DNA from: a virus
IMG/VR virus record: IMGVR_UViG_3300017731_000001
Direction: 5' to 3' (one strand)
DNA length: 64,000 nucleotides
The position numbers were made by a program, and so were the translations under genes. The notes below the pieces were generated by a model. That model was not told the origin of the DNA. It was given only the letters and a program-made list of their open reading frames with translations, and made no database searches. Numbering within the stretch: the first letter of the stretch is position 1; each line of letters opens with the position of its first letter. Below, one piece after another: positions 37,052 to 47,000 of the stretch.

Positions 37052-38338
37052 ATGTCAAAGGCATCTGCAGCATCAAAATATGAAATCATGGTCATCTCCA
37101 AGAAAGGAACAGAAGTTCGTTTGGAGGGAAAAACAGTTGCCTTTGATTATTATGAAAGTATATTATCACCTAATGTAAGTGCAACAATGGCAGTTGTGGA
37201 TACTGGCGGTTCAGTAGCATATACAAAAGATTATGATAAGCAGGAAAGATTAGGTTCAATTTATAATGCACTTCCTATTACTGGGAGAGAAGAATTAAAA
37301 TTTAAAATTCGTTCTACATTAGGTCTACTAGATTTTTCTAGAAAACCATTATTTGTGAATGCTGCAGTAAATCCAGATCAAAATTCTCAGAGAGAATCAA
37401 TTATGCTGAGTCTTTTTTCTGAGGGAGCAAAACTCAATTCAGAATCCACTGTAATGAGAAAATACCAGGGTAATATTGGCGACTCTGTTAAAACCCTTAT
37501 TAATCAATTTTTAACAGGTAAAAGTGATAGAGTCAAAATTAATCATATCCAGAATACTGCAAATGCATATAGTTTTATCGGAAATAGTAAATCTGTTTTT
37601 GAAATATGTTGCAATCTCGGATCAAAATCTACTGCCGCAAAAGATAGTGCCGGGTTCCTTTTCTTTGAAACACAGGATGGATTTAATTTCAAATCAATTG
37701 ATAGTTTAGTTTCTAAATCAGTATCTGCGAGATATTATAGATCAGAAGTGTTGCGAGAAAATATGAATAGTCCTGAAAACGATTTTAAAATTTTATCATG
37801 CATTGTCAGAAAAAATCAAAATGTTCTGAATGCTTTAAATGCAGGAGTTTTCTTTTCTAGAAACATTTATTTTAATCCAAAAACTTTTGAAGAAACAGAG
37901 AATACATATCAATTTACTGATGGCAAATTAGTAAAATCATTAGGTAAATCCGCAGAAGCACCTGATGTGAATGCATATACTAAAACAAATTATAATATTT
38001 TAGATATCGGCACACTTGAACCAACTGTTAAAGGTGGTGATAATAATGATCCCAACGATTATCAGGCGCAGGCAGCAATGAGATATAATATATTATTCAG
38101 TCAATTAGTTGATATTCAAGTTCCCTGCAACCCGAATCTAAGGGCAGGAGATACAATTAGATGTGAATTTGAAATGATTACACAATCTAAAATAGAACAA
38201 GGATCTATGGACCCTGTTCAAAGTGGTAAATACTTAATAGTTGATTTATGCCATCATTATGAACCAACAAGGTCTATTACATCATTAACACTGGCTCGTG
38301 ATAGTTACGGTCTATATACGGAGAAAAATAAATCATGA
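37052..38338 (+). CDS. Baseplate hub protein (gp27-like)
   Basis: YYESILSP, FFETQDGFNFKSID, L.AGD, SGKYLI..LCH; upstream of gp5. Confidence 0.6.
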   Translation: MSKASAASKYEIMVISKKGTEVRLEGKTVAFDYYESILSPNVSATMAVVDTGGSVAYTKDYDKQERLGSIYNALPITGREELKFKIRSTLGLLDFSRKPLFVNAAVNPDQNSQRESIMLSLFSEGAKLNSESTVMRKYQGNIGDSVKTLINQFLTGKSDRVKINHIQNTANAYSFIGNSKSVFEICCNLGSKSTAAKDSAGFLFFETQDGFNFKSIDSLVSKSVSARYYRSEVLRENMNSPENDFKILSCIVRKNQNVLNALNAGVFFSRNIYFNPKTFEETENTYQFTDGKLVKSLGKSAEAPDVNAYTKTNYNILDIGTLEPTVKGGDNNDPNDYQAQAAMRYNILFSQLVDIQVPCNPNLRAGDTIRCEFEMITQSKIEQGSMDPVQSGKYLIVDLCHHYEPTRSITSLTLARDSYGLYTEKNKS

Positions 38339-38889
38339 AAAGCGCAACATTACCAGACGGTTTTTTCCTAGGACAAGTCCCACCTAATTGGACTGAATAT
38401 CTTCAAAATGGAACATGGAGTGATGCACATAACAATAGAGTAAAAGTTAGAATACCAGGAAAACATTCCAAAGGACCTGAAATTCTTGATAAGGATTTGC
38501 CATGGGCTATTGTATCTCAATCAACTTCTGCTGGAAATCGTAATGGAGCATCAACCGGACTATCAGGTGGTGAATGGGTTATAGGATTTTATCTTGATGA
38601 AGATGAGCAACTTCCAGTCATCATGCAGGTATTGGGAAAAAATGAAGTATCGGGGGCAAAGATAAAAGCATCAGAAAATGGCACGACACAATTCAGAGAT
38701 ACTTCTAGATTTTCTAGTTTCATTGCACCAGCAACAATGTTGAGTGGTGGACCAAAACCAAAAGCACCTGCTGTTCCATCCATAGAAGACATTAAGAAAG
38801 GAACACAGAGTCCACCACCACCTCCGGCACCAGAACCACCTATTGTGGCACCAGCATTTGCACCAGTTAATCCCAACGACGTAGCATGA
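38335..38889 (+). CDS. gp5 N-terminal OB-fold protein
   Basis: RVKVRIPG.H, LPWA, GEWVIGFYLD...Q.PVIM. Confidence 0.7.
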   Translation: MKSATLPDGFFLGQVPPNWTEYLQNGTWSDAHNNRVKVRIPGKHSKGPEILDKDLPWAIVSQSTSAGNRNGASTGLSGGEWVIGFYLDEDEQLPVIMQVLGKNEVSGAKIKASENGTTQFRDTSRFSSFIAPATMLSGGPKPKAPAVPSIEDIKKGTQSPPPPPAPEPPIVAPAFAPVNPNDVA

Positions 38890-38908
38890 CTTTCATTACT
38901 ACATGGAC

Positions 38909-38916
38909 TATAAATA
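38909..38916 (+). promoter_or_regulatory. Late promoter TATAAATA
   Basis: Exact consensus followed by SD AAGGAGG. Confidence 0.7.
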
Positions 38917-38941
38917 CGAGCATAAGGAGGTAAAATCATAG

Positions 38942-41410
38942 ATGTCAATACCAACAGCAGATCAACAGGCAGTTGCACGAAAAGAAAAAATAGAAATATC
39001 CAATCCCAAAGAGTTGAGTCAAGAAGCACTTAGGAGTGTAAATGCAATTAATGCTCAAGTAGATGTTGTTAATAAGTTAATAAAAGATAATGAAGGAACT
39101 GCCTATGCTCAGTGGAGTGATGAACTAAAAGCAGAATATAATAATGAACTCAACAAATTAGCAGAACTAGATGAAAAATTAAAAGAACTTGCATCCGATA
39201 ATGATTCTGCTAATTGTTTGGCAAGAGAAACTATAGGCAAATCATGGAGTCTTCCAGAAGCTCCTGACTGCACAACATTCAGAAAGACTGAGGCATATCA
39301 AAAAGCACTTAGTCTTTTAAACTCCCCAGTAGATTTACCAGATCCATGTGGGAAAAGTGATCTATCCAAAATTAATACTGCATTATTAAAATTTTTCAAT
39401 GATCTTAAAGCAATAAGAAAATTTGGAGACACCTATATTAATAGTTCATTTAATGAAATATACAGGGTTACAAATTTAGTTAGAAATACGGCATCAATAA
39501 TTGGTGCTGTTATGAAGGGATTGATGCAAAATCTTCGCAACTGGTTACTAGACAAAATTAGGACAGGAATTCAAGAACTGATTGATAATCTATTTCCGAC
39601 TCTTGCCAAACAATTTAAGAATACAATAATTGGACAAATTATTGACAACATTCTATGCATATTTAAAGATATAATAAAAAATCTTCGCAATCTCGTTGGA
39701 GATTTCTTATTTGAACTTATTGGTAAAGTTGTAAATGCTCCTCTTTGTGCGGTTCAACAATTTACAAATGGATTAATTAACAACGTTGTTGCCAAAGTAG
39801 ATGAAGCACTGGGACCAATACTGGATAGCATTAGTGATCTTCTAGGTGGTGTTGGCAAAATTGCAGGATCAGCATTTGAGGCACTTGATTTTATTCTTGG
39901 ATTTGAAGCATATCTTTGCCAAAAACCAAATTGCCCCGAAATTAAATCAACAGTATTAGGACCATGGGCAAACTCCCCCAACAAACCTTTTGGAGATGGG
40001 TTTGATAATTTTATTGACAATGCCGAAGAAGATTTCTCAGAGGAGGGAATACAAAAATATGTAAATGGTCTTTCTATTTTTGGTGGCACACTAGGAGACT
40101 TGGCAGATGCTCCTGCAACAGCATTCCCATGTGATACAAATCCATTCCAATGTGGTCCGCCTAGTGTTGAAATTTTTGGTGGCGGTGGTATTGGTGCCGT
40201 TGGAAAGGCAGTTATTAATGATCTCGGACAAATTTATGGTATCAACATGGAAAATGGAGGTTCTGGATATTCAAAACCTCCATTTGTAAGTATTATTGAC
40301 CCGTGTAATAATGGTAATTATGCTTCTGGATATGCAGTGATTGATTATGAAACTGGACAAGTTATTGATATTCCAATAATTAATCATGGAAATGGATATC
40401 CAAATGCACCAACTGGTCGTGATGAATTTGGCAATTCGGTAGATTCAACATCGCCTGGTGTTGGAACTCCTGGTGGTATAACTCCCGGAACTCCTGGTGG
40501 TATAACTCCCGGAACTCCTGGTGGTATAACTCCTGGAACTCCTGGTGGTATAACTCCTGAAACTCCTGGTGGTATAACTCCCGGTGATGGAACTCCCGGT
40601 GATGGAACTCCCGGTGATGGAACTCCCGGTGATGGAACTCCCGGAACTCCTGGTGGTATAACTCCTGGTGGTGGAGTTAATGATTATATTGTTTGTTTAG
40701 AAGGATTTGATATTATTTCAACAGGAATTGGATATTCTCAATTGGATAAAATGATAATTACACCAGATCTCCCCAATTTAGAGGCATCTGTGAGAATGAC
40801 AGAGGCAGGTCAAATTATAAGTATAACCCTGGCAGAAAGAGTTTGTGGTCTCACTGATATTCCAACTATCCTAATAGAGAGTTTAACAGGAGAGGGTGCT
40901 AAGATTAAACCAAAATTCTCCTTTATCAAAATTACTGATGATATTGAAGAAGAATTGCCACCACAAACAATTATTCCTATTGATAGAACAACTGCTAGCG
41001 ATGAAAGTATTGCCGTTCTTGCACAAAGAAATGTTGTTCGTGTAATTGATTGTGTTGGTAATACACCTCCTATCGTTGGATATGTTAATGGTAGACCATA
41101 TTCTGGTCCGTTCCATGTTCATCCATCTACTGGTGTGAAGATGGTTGGTGCCTTCCACATTTCGGGATATCATGATACAATTTATGATACTGCTCAAGAG
41201 AGCTTAAATAGAACGAAACCATCTGCTCAATATTCCAGCACATCTACGCCTACATCCACACCATCAACCCCCGCATCATCAACTCCTGCTCCGAGACCCA
41301 CTCCAAGTCCTTCTCCTGCACCATCTCCTGCTCCGAGACCCACCCCAAGTCCTTCTCCCTCTCCCTCTCCACCACCCTCCGGAGGAGGTGGATATGGTGG
41401 TGGATATTAA
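38942..41410 (+). CDS. Large baseplate hub protein (cyanophage gp5-associated) with Pro/Gly/Thr repeats
   Basis: Helical Cys-spaced N-half, CGPP.V..FGGGG, G.GY motifs, VRVIDCVG, GPFHVH, extensin-like C-terminus. Confidence 0.6.
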   Translation: MSIPTADQQAVARKEKIEISNPKELSQEALRSVNAINAQVDVVNKLIKDNEGTAYAQWSDELKAEYNNELNKLAELDEKLKELASDNDSANCLARETIGKSWSLPEAPDCTTFRKTEAYQKALSLLNSPVDLPDPCGKSDLSKINTALLKFFNDLKAIRKFGDTYINSSFNEIYRVTNLVRNTASIIGAVMKGLMQNLRNWLLDKIRTGIQELIDNLFPTLAKQFKNTIIGQIIDNILCIFKDIIKNLRNLVGDFLFELIGKVVNAPLCAVQQFTNGLINNVVAKVDEALGPILDSISDLLGGVGKIAGSAFEALDFILGFEAYLCQKPNCPEIKSTVLGPWANSPNKPFGDGFDNFIDNAEEDFSEEGIQKYVNGLSIFGGTLGDLADAPATAFPCDTNPFQCGPPSVEIFGGGGIGAVGKAVINDLGQIYGINMENGGSGYSKPPFVSIIDPCNNGNYASGYAVIDYETGQVIDIPIINHGNGYPNAPTGRDEFGNSVDSTSPGVGTPGGITPGTPGGITPGTPGGITPGTPGGITPETPGGITPGDGTPGDGTPGDGTPGDGTPGTPGGITPGGGVNDYIVCLEGFDIISTGIGYSQLDKMIITPDLPNLEASVRMTEAGQIISITLAERVCGLTDIPTILIESLTGEGAKIKPKFSFIKITDDIEEELPPQTIIPIDRTTASDESIAVLAQRNVVRVIDCVGNTPPIVGYVNGRPYSGPFHVHPSTGVKMVGAFHISGYHDTIYDTAQESLNRTKPSAQYSSTSTPTSTPSTPASSTPAPRPTPSPSPAPSPAPRPTPSPSPSPSPPPSGGGGYGGGY
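40463..40666 (+). repeat. Coding tandem repeat: 24-bp unit x5, 15-bp unit x4, 24-bp unit x1
   Basis: GGAACTCCTGGTGGTATAACTCCY (GTPGGITP) and GGTGATGGAACTCCC (GDGTP). Confidence 0.9.
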
Positions 41411-41422
41411 ATATAAAACATT

Positions 41423-42013
41423 ATGACATTTATCCCAGAAACTTTAATTACAGATAATCCTCATGGAGTATTATGCTTCGGTCCCATAGCACCAGAGGAT
41501 AAGGATGATAATACTGCAATGCTTTTGTCCTTAGATGGGGGGCATACTATTTTATGTAACAAAAATGGAAATAAAGCAGAAATTAATCCAGGAAAATCTG
41601 AAGAACTTTGTGGAACTGAATTGGTAAAAGGTGATCAACAAGAGGCATCAGAAGAAGCAATTGCAAAAATTATTACTGCGAGAAATGGCGACATCTGCAT
41701 CATTGCCGAAAATGGAAACATCAAATTGAAGGCAAAAAACATATACGCAGAGTGTACGGGTGCTGATAATGATGGGTCATTTTTGTTAAAAGCAAATGAT
41801 CACATTAGCATGATTGCTGGTGAACAAATGACTATGGGAGGATCAAAAATATGCATGGTTTCATCTGATGCCATTACTTTGAATGCACAAGGAGTTATTA
41901 ATCAGATTTGTGCTGATGTGGTAAAATCATCTCCTGTTAATGTGGTTTCAAAAATATTAAAGGGAGATGTTCTTGGTGCGTTTATAGATACAGTTAGAAA
42001 AACTTGTGGATAA
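41423..42013 (+). CDS. gp5 C-terminal-like beta-rich spike protein
   Basis: NGDI.I.A.NG.IKL.AKNI beta-helix-like repeats; baseplate context. Confidence 0.5.
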   Translation: MTFIPETLITDNPHGVLCFGPIAPEDKDDNTAMLLSLDGGHTILCNKNGNKAEINPGKSEELCGTELVKGDQQEASEEAIAKIITARNGDICIIAENGNIKLKAKNIYAECTGADNDGSFLLKANDHISMIAGEQMTMGGSKICMVSSDAITLNAQGVINQICADVVKSSPVNVVSKILKGDVLGAFIDTVRKTCG

Positions 42014-42022
42014 GGAGTAGAA

Positions 42023-42832
42023 ATGGCATACGATTATCTAGAAGCAAATCTTATAGATGTTTTCAACTCTTTTGTGGGTGGAGGTCTTGTATTTCCAAAA
42101 GGACTTACAGAACCCGGTGGAGGTGTTCTATCGGCATATAAGGGACACTTTGGACAAGGATCTAGTACAATTCCTTATAGTGCATCATTAGTTTCTGGAC
42201 CTTCTGGTGGTCCTATTCCTACTCCATTATCATGGAACTTTTTGGGTCTTGGTGCTGAAATAGGGGTGAGAAATTTAGTTGGTGTAGATGTAAAGATTGG
42301 TTCTGATATATCACTAGGTGCAATCTCGGCAAGATATAGTGCAATCTTTAATAAAATAACCGGAAAAGAAGTAACTGTAGCTCCGGCAGATACTTCTGTG
42401 ACACCGAAAGAAACACATACATCTGCTCTTGGAAATTTATTTGGAAACTGGTTCGTTGATGGCGTTCCTTTTAAAAGTATAATAGGTCACATTGCCCATT
42501 CAGATGGAAGATTAAAAGATAATATTGAACCTATTTCTAGTTCCACATCTTTGACAAAGGTGCTACAATTAAATCCTGTATATTATAAATGGAGAAAAGA
42601 TATTGTCCCATCTTCTTTTTTGAAAGCTTATGGAGAGGGAAGACAAATTGGTTTAATTGCACAAGAAGTTGAAGACATCATTCCCGAAGTTATAAAAGAC
42701 GGAACACTTTATGATAAACAATGGAAGGGTATTAACTACTCTAAACTCACTGCTATGTTGATTGGAGCAGTCAAAGAACAACAAGAACAAATTGAAGAAC
42801 TAAAAACTAGAATTACTGAATTAGAATCATGA
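42023..42832 (+). CDS. Tail/spike protein with C-terminal peptidase S74 intramolecular chaperone
   Basis: SDGRLKDNI, L.PV.Y.W, GLIAQEVE, Y..L...LI.A.KE coiled coil. Confidence 0.8.
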   Translation: MAYDYLEANLIDVFNSFVGGGLVFPKGLTEPGGGVLSAYKGHFGQGSSTIPYSASLVSGPSGGPIPTPLSWNFLGLGAEIGVRNLVGVDVKIGSDISLGAISARYSAIFNKITGKEVTVAPADTSVTPKETHTSALGNLFGNWFVDGVPFKSIIGHIAHSDGRLKDNIEPISSSTSLTKVLQLNPVYYKWRKDIVPSSFLKAYGEGRQIGLIAQEVEDIIPEVIKDGTLYDKQWKGINYSKLTAMLIGAVKEQQEQIEELKTRITELES

Positions 42833-43752
42833 ATGAAAATTTAACAAATAGGGCTCTTGAAGTTTTAAATAGGGACCAGGATCAATTAAAAGGTGTATAT
42901 GAAAATCAATCGGAATATACTGCTCCCGAGAAAATAGAAAAAATAACTGTCACAGAAAACTCCGATGGAACTTGGAGTCAAAATAAAGAAATTGTTGATA
43001 GTGGATTAAAAGATGGTGGAGTGATTGGTGTAAGAGAGGCAGAAATTGAAGAGGAAGCAGAAGTATTGCAAGAATTTTGTGCCGATGTAGACAATAAAAT
43101 TATTGGCATTTTAACTCAAATTGATGATAAGAAAAGAGAAATTGTTACTCTATCACTCACAGCAGGAATTTCAACTGGAACAGTAGATAGTCCGCTTAAT
43201 TTTTGTAATTCATCGGCAGGTATTGGTCTTACATTATTTAATATAAGAGAAGAGACGGAGACCGTTCACATATACACCAAGATGGCAGGTCCTAATGTTG
43301 ATTATGGAACACAAAATCCATTTGAACCTGATACTACTATTTCATTAAGTGGAATAACAACACATTATGCAGGATTTGGATACGAAAATGATGCAGAACC
43401 ATTAATTTATAAAAATAGTGCCGGATCTGTGACCGGACTAAAAACAGATGGAAGTGGACCAGTTATTTCAACAAGTGGCAGACTTGATTTATCTGGAACC
43501 GGAACACCTATTAGTGGTTCTTTGACATGTTCTCAAATAAAAACTCAAATCGATTCCTTATATGATGATATTATTGTGCTCCGAAATGAAATAGGAACAC
43601 TTCGAGGTAATCTTAATACTATAAAGGATAAAAAATCCGAGAAAGAACTACAAAATTGGGGATGCAAAAATACTAAGTTTGAGGTTGATGCTAGAGCAAC
43701 TTCCGAATCAGCTACAATAGATGCAATAACTGGACTATCAACAGCTATATAA
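42829..43752 (+). CDS. Hypothetical structural protein
   Basis: Coiled-coil termini; tail module context. Confidence 0.55.
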   Translation: MNENLTNRALEVLNRDQDQLKGVYENQSEYTAPEKIEKITVTENSDGTWSQNKEIVDSGLKDGGVIGVREAEIEEEAEVLQEFCADVDNKIIGILTQIDDKKREIVTLSLTAGISTGTVDSPLNFCNSSAGIGLTLFNIREETETVHIYTKMAGPNVDYGTQNPFEPDTTISLSGITTHYAGFGYENDAEPLIYKNSAGSVTGLKTDGSGPVISTSGRLDLSGTGTPISGSLTCSQIKTQIDSLYDDIIVLRNEIGTLRGNLNTIKDKKSEKELQNWGCKNTKFEVDARATSESATIDAITGLSTAI

Positions 43753-43774
43753 TGCCAGATATGGATGTATTCAT

Positions 43775-43993
43775 ATGGGGACTGAAAATGTCAGCAACAT
43801 TTTAATTGATGTTTGCAAAAGAACCGTCATTGTGCTCGGTAATGAAGGCGACACAAGATTAGTAGAATGTGAAACCGTAAATGAGTTTATGAACGTTCTA
43901 AAAATTATTGAAAAACATATTGATCCGGAAATGGTGTTGTATGCCAAACCTTTAGTACTTAAGAGAAAAAAATCAATTAATAAAGGTAACTAA
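43775..43993 (+). CDS. Hypothetical protein
   Basis: 72-aa ORF. Confidence 0.5.
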   Translation: MGTENVSNILIDVCKRTVIVLGNEGDTRLVECETVNEFMNVLKIIEKHIDPEMVLYAKPLVLKRKKSINKGN

Positions 43994-44030
43994 ATAGAAT
44001 ATAGAAATATTTCAGCAGTAAAATAATCCC

Positions 44031-47000
44031 ATGCCTCTGAATAAACTAGATAATTTCATCAAGAATACTGAAGGTCGAATCTTATATGTAAGTCCATCGG
44101 ATTTGGATGCAACTGATAGTATTAATAACCAGGGCAATTCCCTTGCTCAACCATTCAAAACTCTTCAGAGAGCACTCTTAGAGTCGGCAAGATTTTCTTA
44201 TGTGCAAGGAAATAGTAATGATTTGGTAGAGAAGACCACTATTCTTCTCATGCCCGGAATTCATGAAGTTGATAATAGACCTGGATTTGCAGTAAAAAAT
44301 GATGGCGGAGTTGCAAAAGTAATTTCTCCTGGTGGTGGAGAAACTGCGGCATCGGATACTTTAAATTTACAACTTGATTCTAATTTTGATATTAACCAAG
44401 AAGATAATATTCTTTATAAGTTCAATAGTGTCAATGGTGGTATTATTATCCCCAGAGGAACATCCGTTGTTGGTCTTGACTTAAGAAAGACCAAAGTTCG
44501 TCCAAAATATGTTCCCAATCCTACAGATTTAGCAGTTGCTGATTCGGCAATCTTTAGAATTACTGGCACATGTTATTTTTGGCAGTTCTCCTTCTTTGAT
44601 GGAGATGATGCAGGTGTAGTATATACCGACCCCGTTGATTTCTCAGTAGATAATAGGTCTAAACCAACATTCTCACACCACAAACTTACTTGTTTTGAGT
44701 ATGCCGATGGTGTTAATAATGTCAGTGGTTATGATCTCACTGACCTTGACATGTATTATGCAAAACTTGGTAATGCATATAATCAGGCATCGGGTAGAAT
44801 TATTGACCAAAAATATCCTGCCAACCCACAAGGATTTGAGAAGCAAAGACCGGAATGGGAAATTGTTGGTGCTTTTGCATCTGACCCACTAGAGGTTAGT
44901 GCCATTGTATCTGGTTCGGGTGGAACTCCTACGAGTGTGGTTACTGTAACCACGGCAACCGATCATAAATTGCAGGCAGGAACTCCAATAAAAATTAAAG
45001 GAGTTGTTCCTGACGACTACAATATTTCAACGAAAGTTCAGAGTGTTTCTACAAGTAATCCAAAAGTATTCACATATTTACTTCCAGATTTTAGAAAGAA
45101 TTTAGAGACACCTGGTAATACATCAAGTGCCACTGTAACGATTGAAACTGATACTGTAACTGGTGCATCACCATACATCTTTAATATCTCTCTGCGTTCT
45201 GTTTTTGGTATGAACGGAATGAAAGCTGATGGTGCTAAGGCATCCGGTTTCCGTTCGATGGTTGTGGCTCAATTTACTGGAGTCAGTCTCCAAAAAGATG
45301 ATCGTGCCTTTGTAAAGTATAGCAAGTCAAATAGAACATATGAAGGCATTGGTATTGGTAAAGTAACTGGATCTGCATTATCCACACAATCATCATCTAC
45401 CAACGCCAGCACTGTTTATCATTTAGATTCAGGTGCCGTCTACAGAAAAGACTGGGAGACCGCACACATTTCAATGATAAATGATGCAATCCTTCAGATT
45501 GTTTCTGTCTTTGCTATTGGATATAACCAACATTTCTTTGCCGATACTGGTGGTGATGCATCTATCACCAACTCAAACTCAAACTTTGGACAACTAGCTC
45601 TTATATCTGCAGGATTCAAGAAAGAGGCATTTGCAAAAGACAATAAAGGATTTATTACTAATATCATTGCTCCTAGAGCAATTACGAGTTCAGAGGAGAA
45701 TATTGACTGGCAAACAATTGATGTTGGTGTCACAACTTCTGTTGCAAATAACAAAAGACTATATCTCTTTGGTTTCACAGAAGCAGACATCAAACCATCA
45801 ATTCTCACTCAAGGTTTTAGAGTTGGTGCAAAAGTAGGAGATGTATTAAGTGTAGACTTCAGTGCCGTCACAGGTTATGGTATAAGTGAAGCAAACATTT
45901 TGATGAGTGATGAGGAAACAAGTAGTGTTAAAGAATATAGAGTAGTATCAGGTCCAACATCAAATCAGTTTGCGATTGGTGCTCATAATTTATCAACGGG
46001 CGAGAAAATTATCATCAAGAGTGATGATGCCGACTTACCAGAAAACCTTACTCCAGAAAGAACTTACTATGTAATTGATAGTGGAGATAATAATAATATT
46101 AAGTTAGCATCTTCCTATGCAGCATCTATTAATGGAACTCCAATTACTGTTTATGGCGGAACAAACCTTGTAATTTTGAGTAGAGTATCTGATAAAGATG
46201 CAGGAGACATTGGTCATCCGGTTCAGTATGACTCTACACAAGGTCAATGGTATATTAATACCAATGCAGGCAGTGACATTTATAATGCTCTAACTCAAGT
46301 TGGTGTTCAAACTAACAATGGTTTAGATACAAGAACCGAAGTTTCATTCTTAAAGAGAACATCAGATACTAGAAGTCTTGATGAAAAGATTTACAAACTT
46401 AGAGTTGTAATTCCAAAAGAAGTTTCTAATGGAAAGAATCCAGAAAGTGGATTCATTCTTCAAGAATCTAGCACAACTGGATTAAGAACTGATGCCGATG
46501 CATCTCTTTCATCCATTACAATAGATGATTATGACTTCAACAAAAATTCAAGATTCATTGGTAGTTGCACATTCTCTGGCGGAACAGTAACTGTTAGATC
46601 TGAATTGCCACACAATGTATCTGTTGGTGATGTAATCATTACCAAGAATATACAAGATACATCCAATACTGTTGGCACTGCTAATAGTGGATACAACGGA
46701 ACATTTACCGTTGTATCAATTCCTAATGATATGGAGTTCACCTATGAAACAGGTGCGTCTCTTGGACCTGCATTGACAAATGATTTAACCAATAGAACAA
46801 CATCTCTGCCGAGATATGAGGTAAATGATTTACAGAATAAACTTTTTGTTTATAGAAATGAAATTATTACTGACTATATTCAAGATGTTCAGGATGGAAT
46901 CTATCATCTGTATGCATTAAATGCAAACCTTAGTGTTCCGACTGAATTTACAAATTACGAATATAATCAAAATGTTGTTGATCTCTATCCTCAGTTAGAT

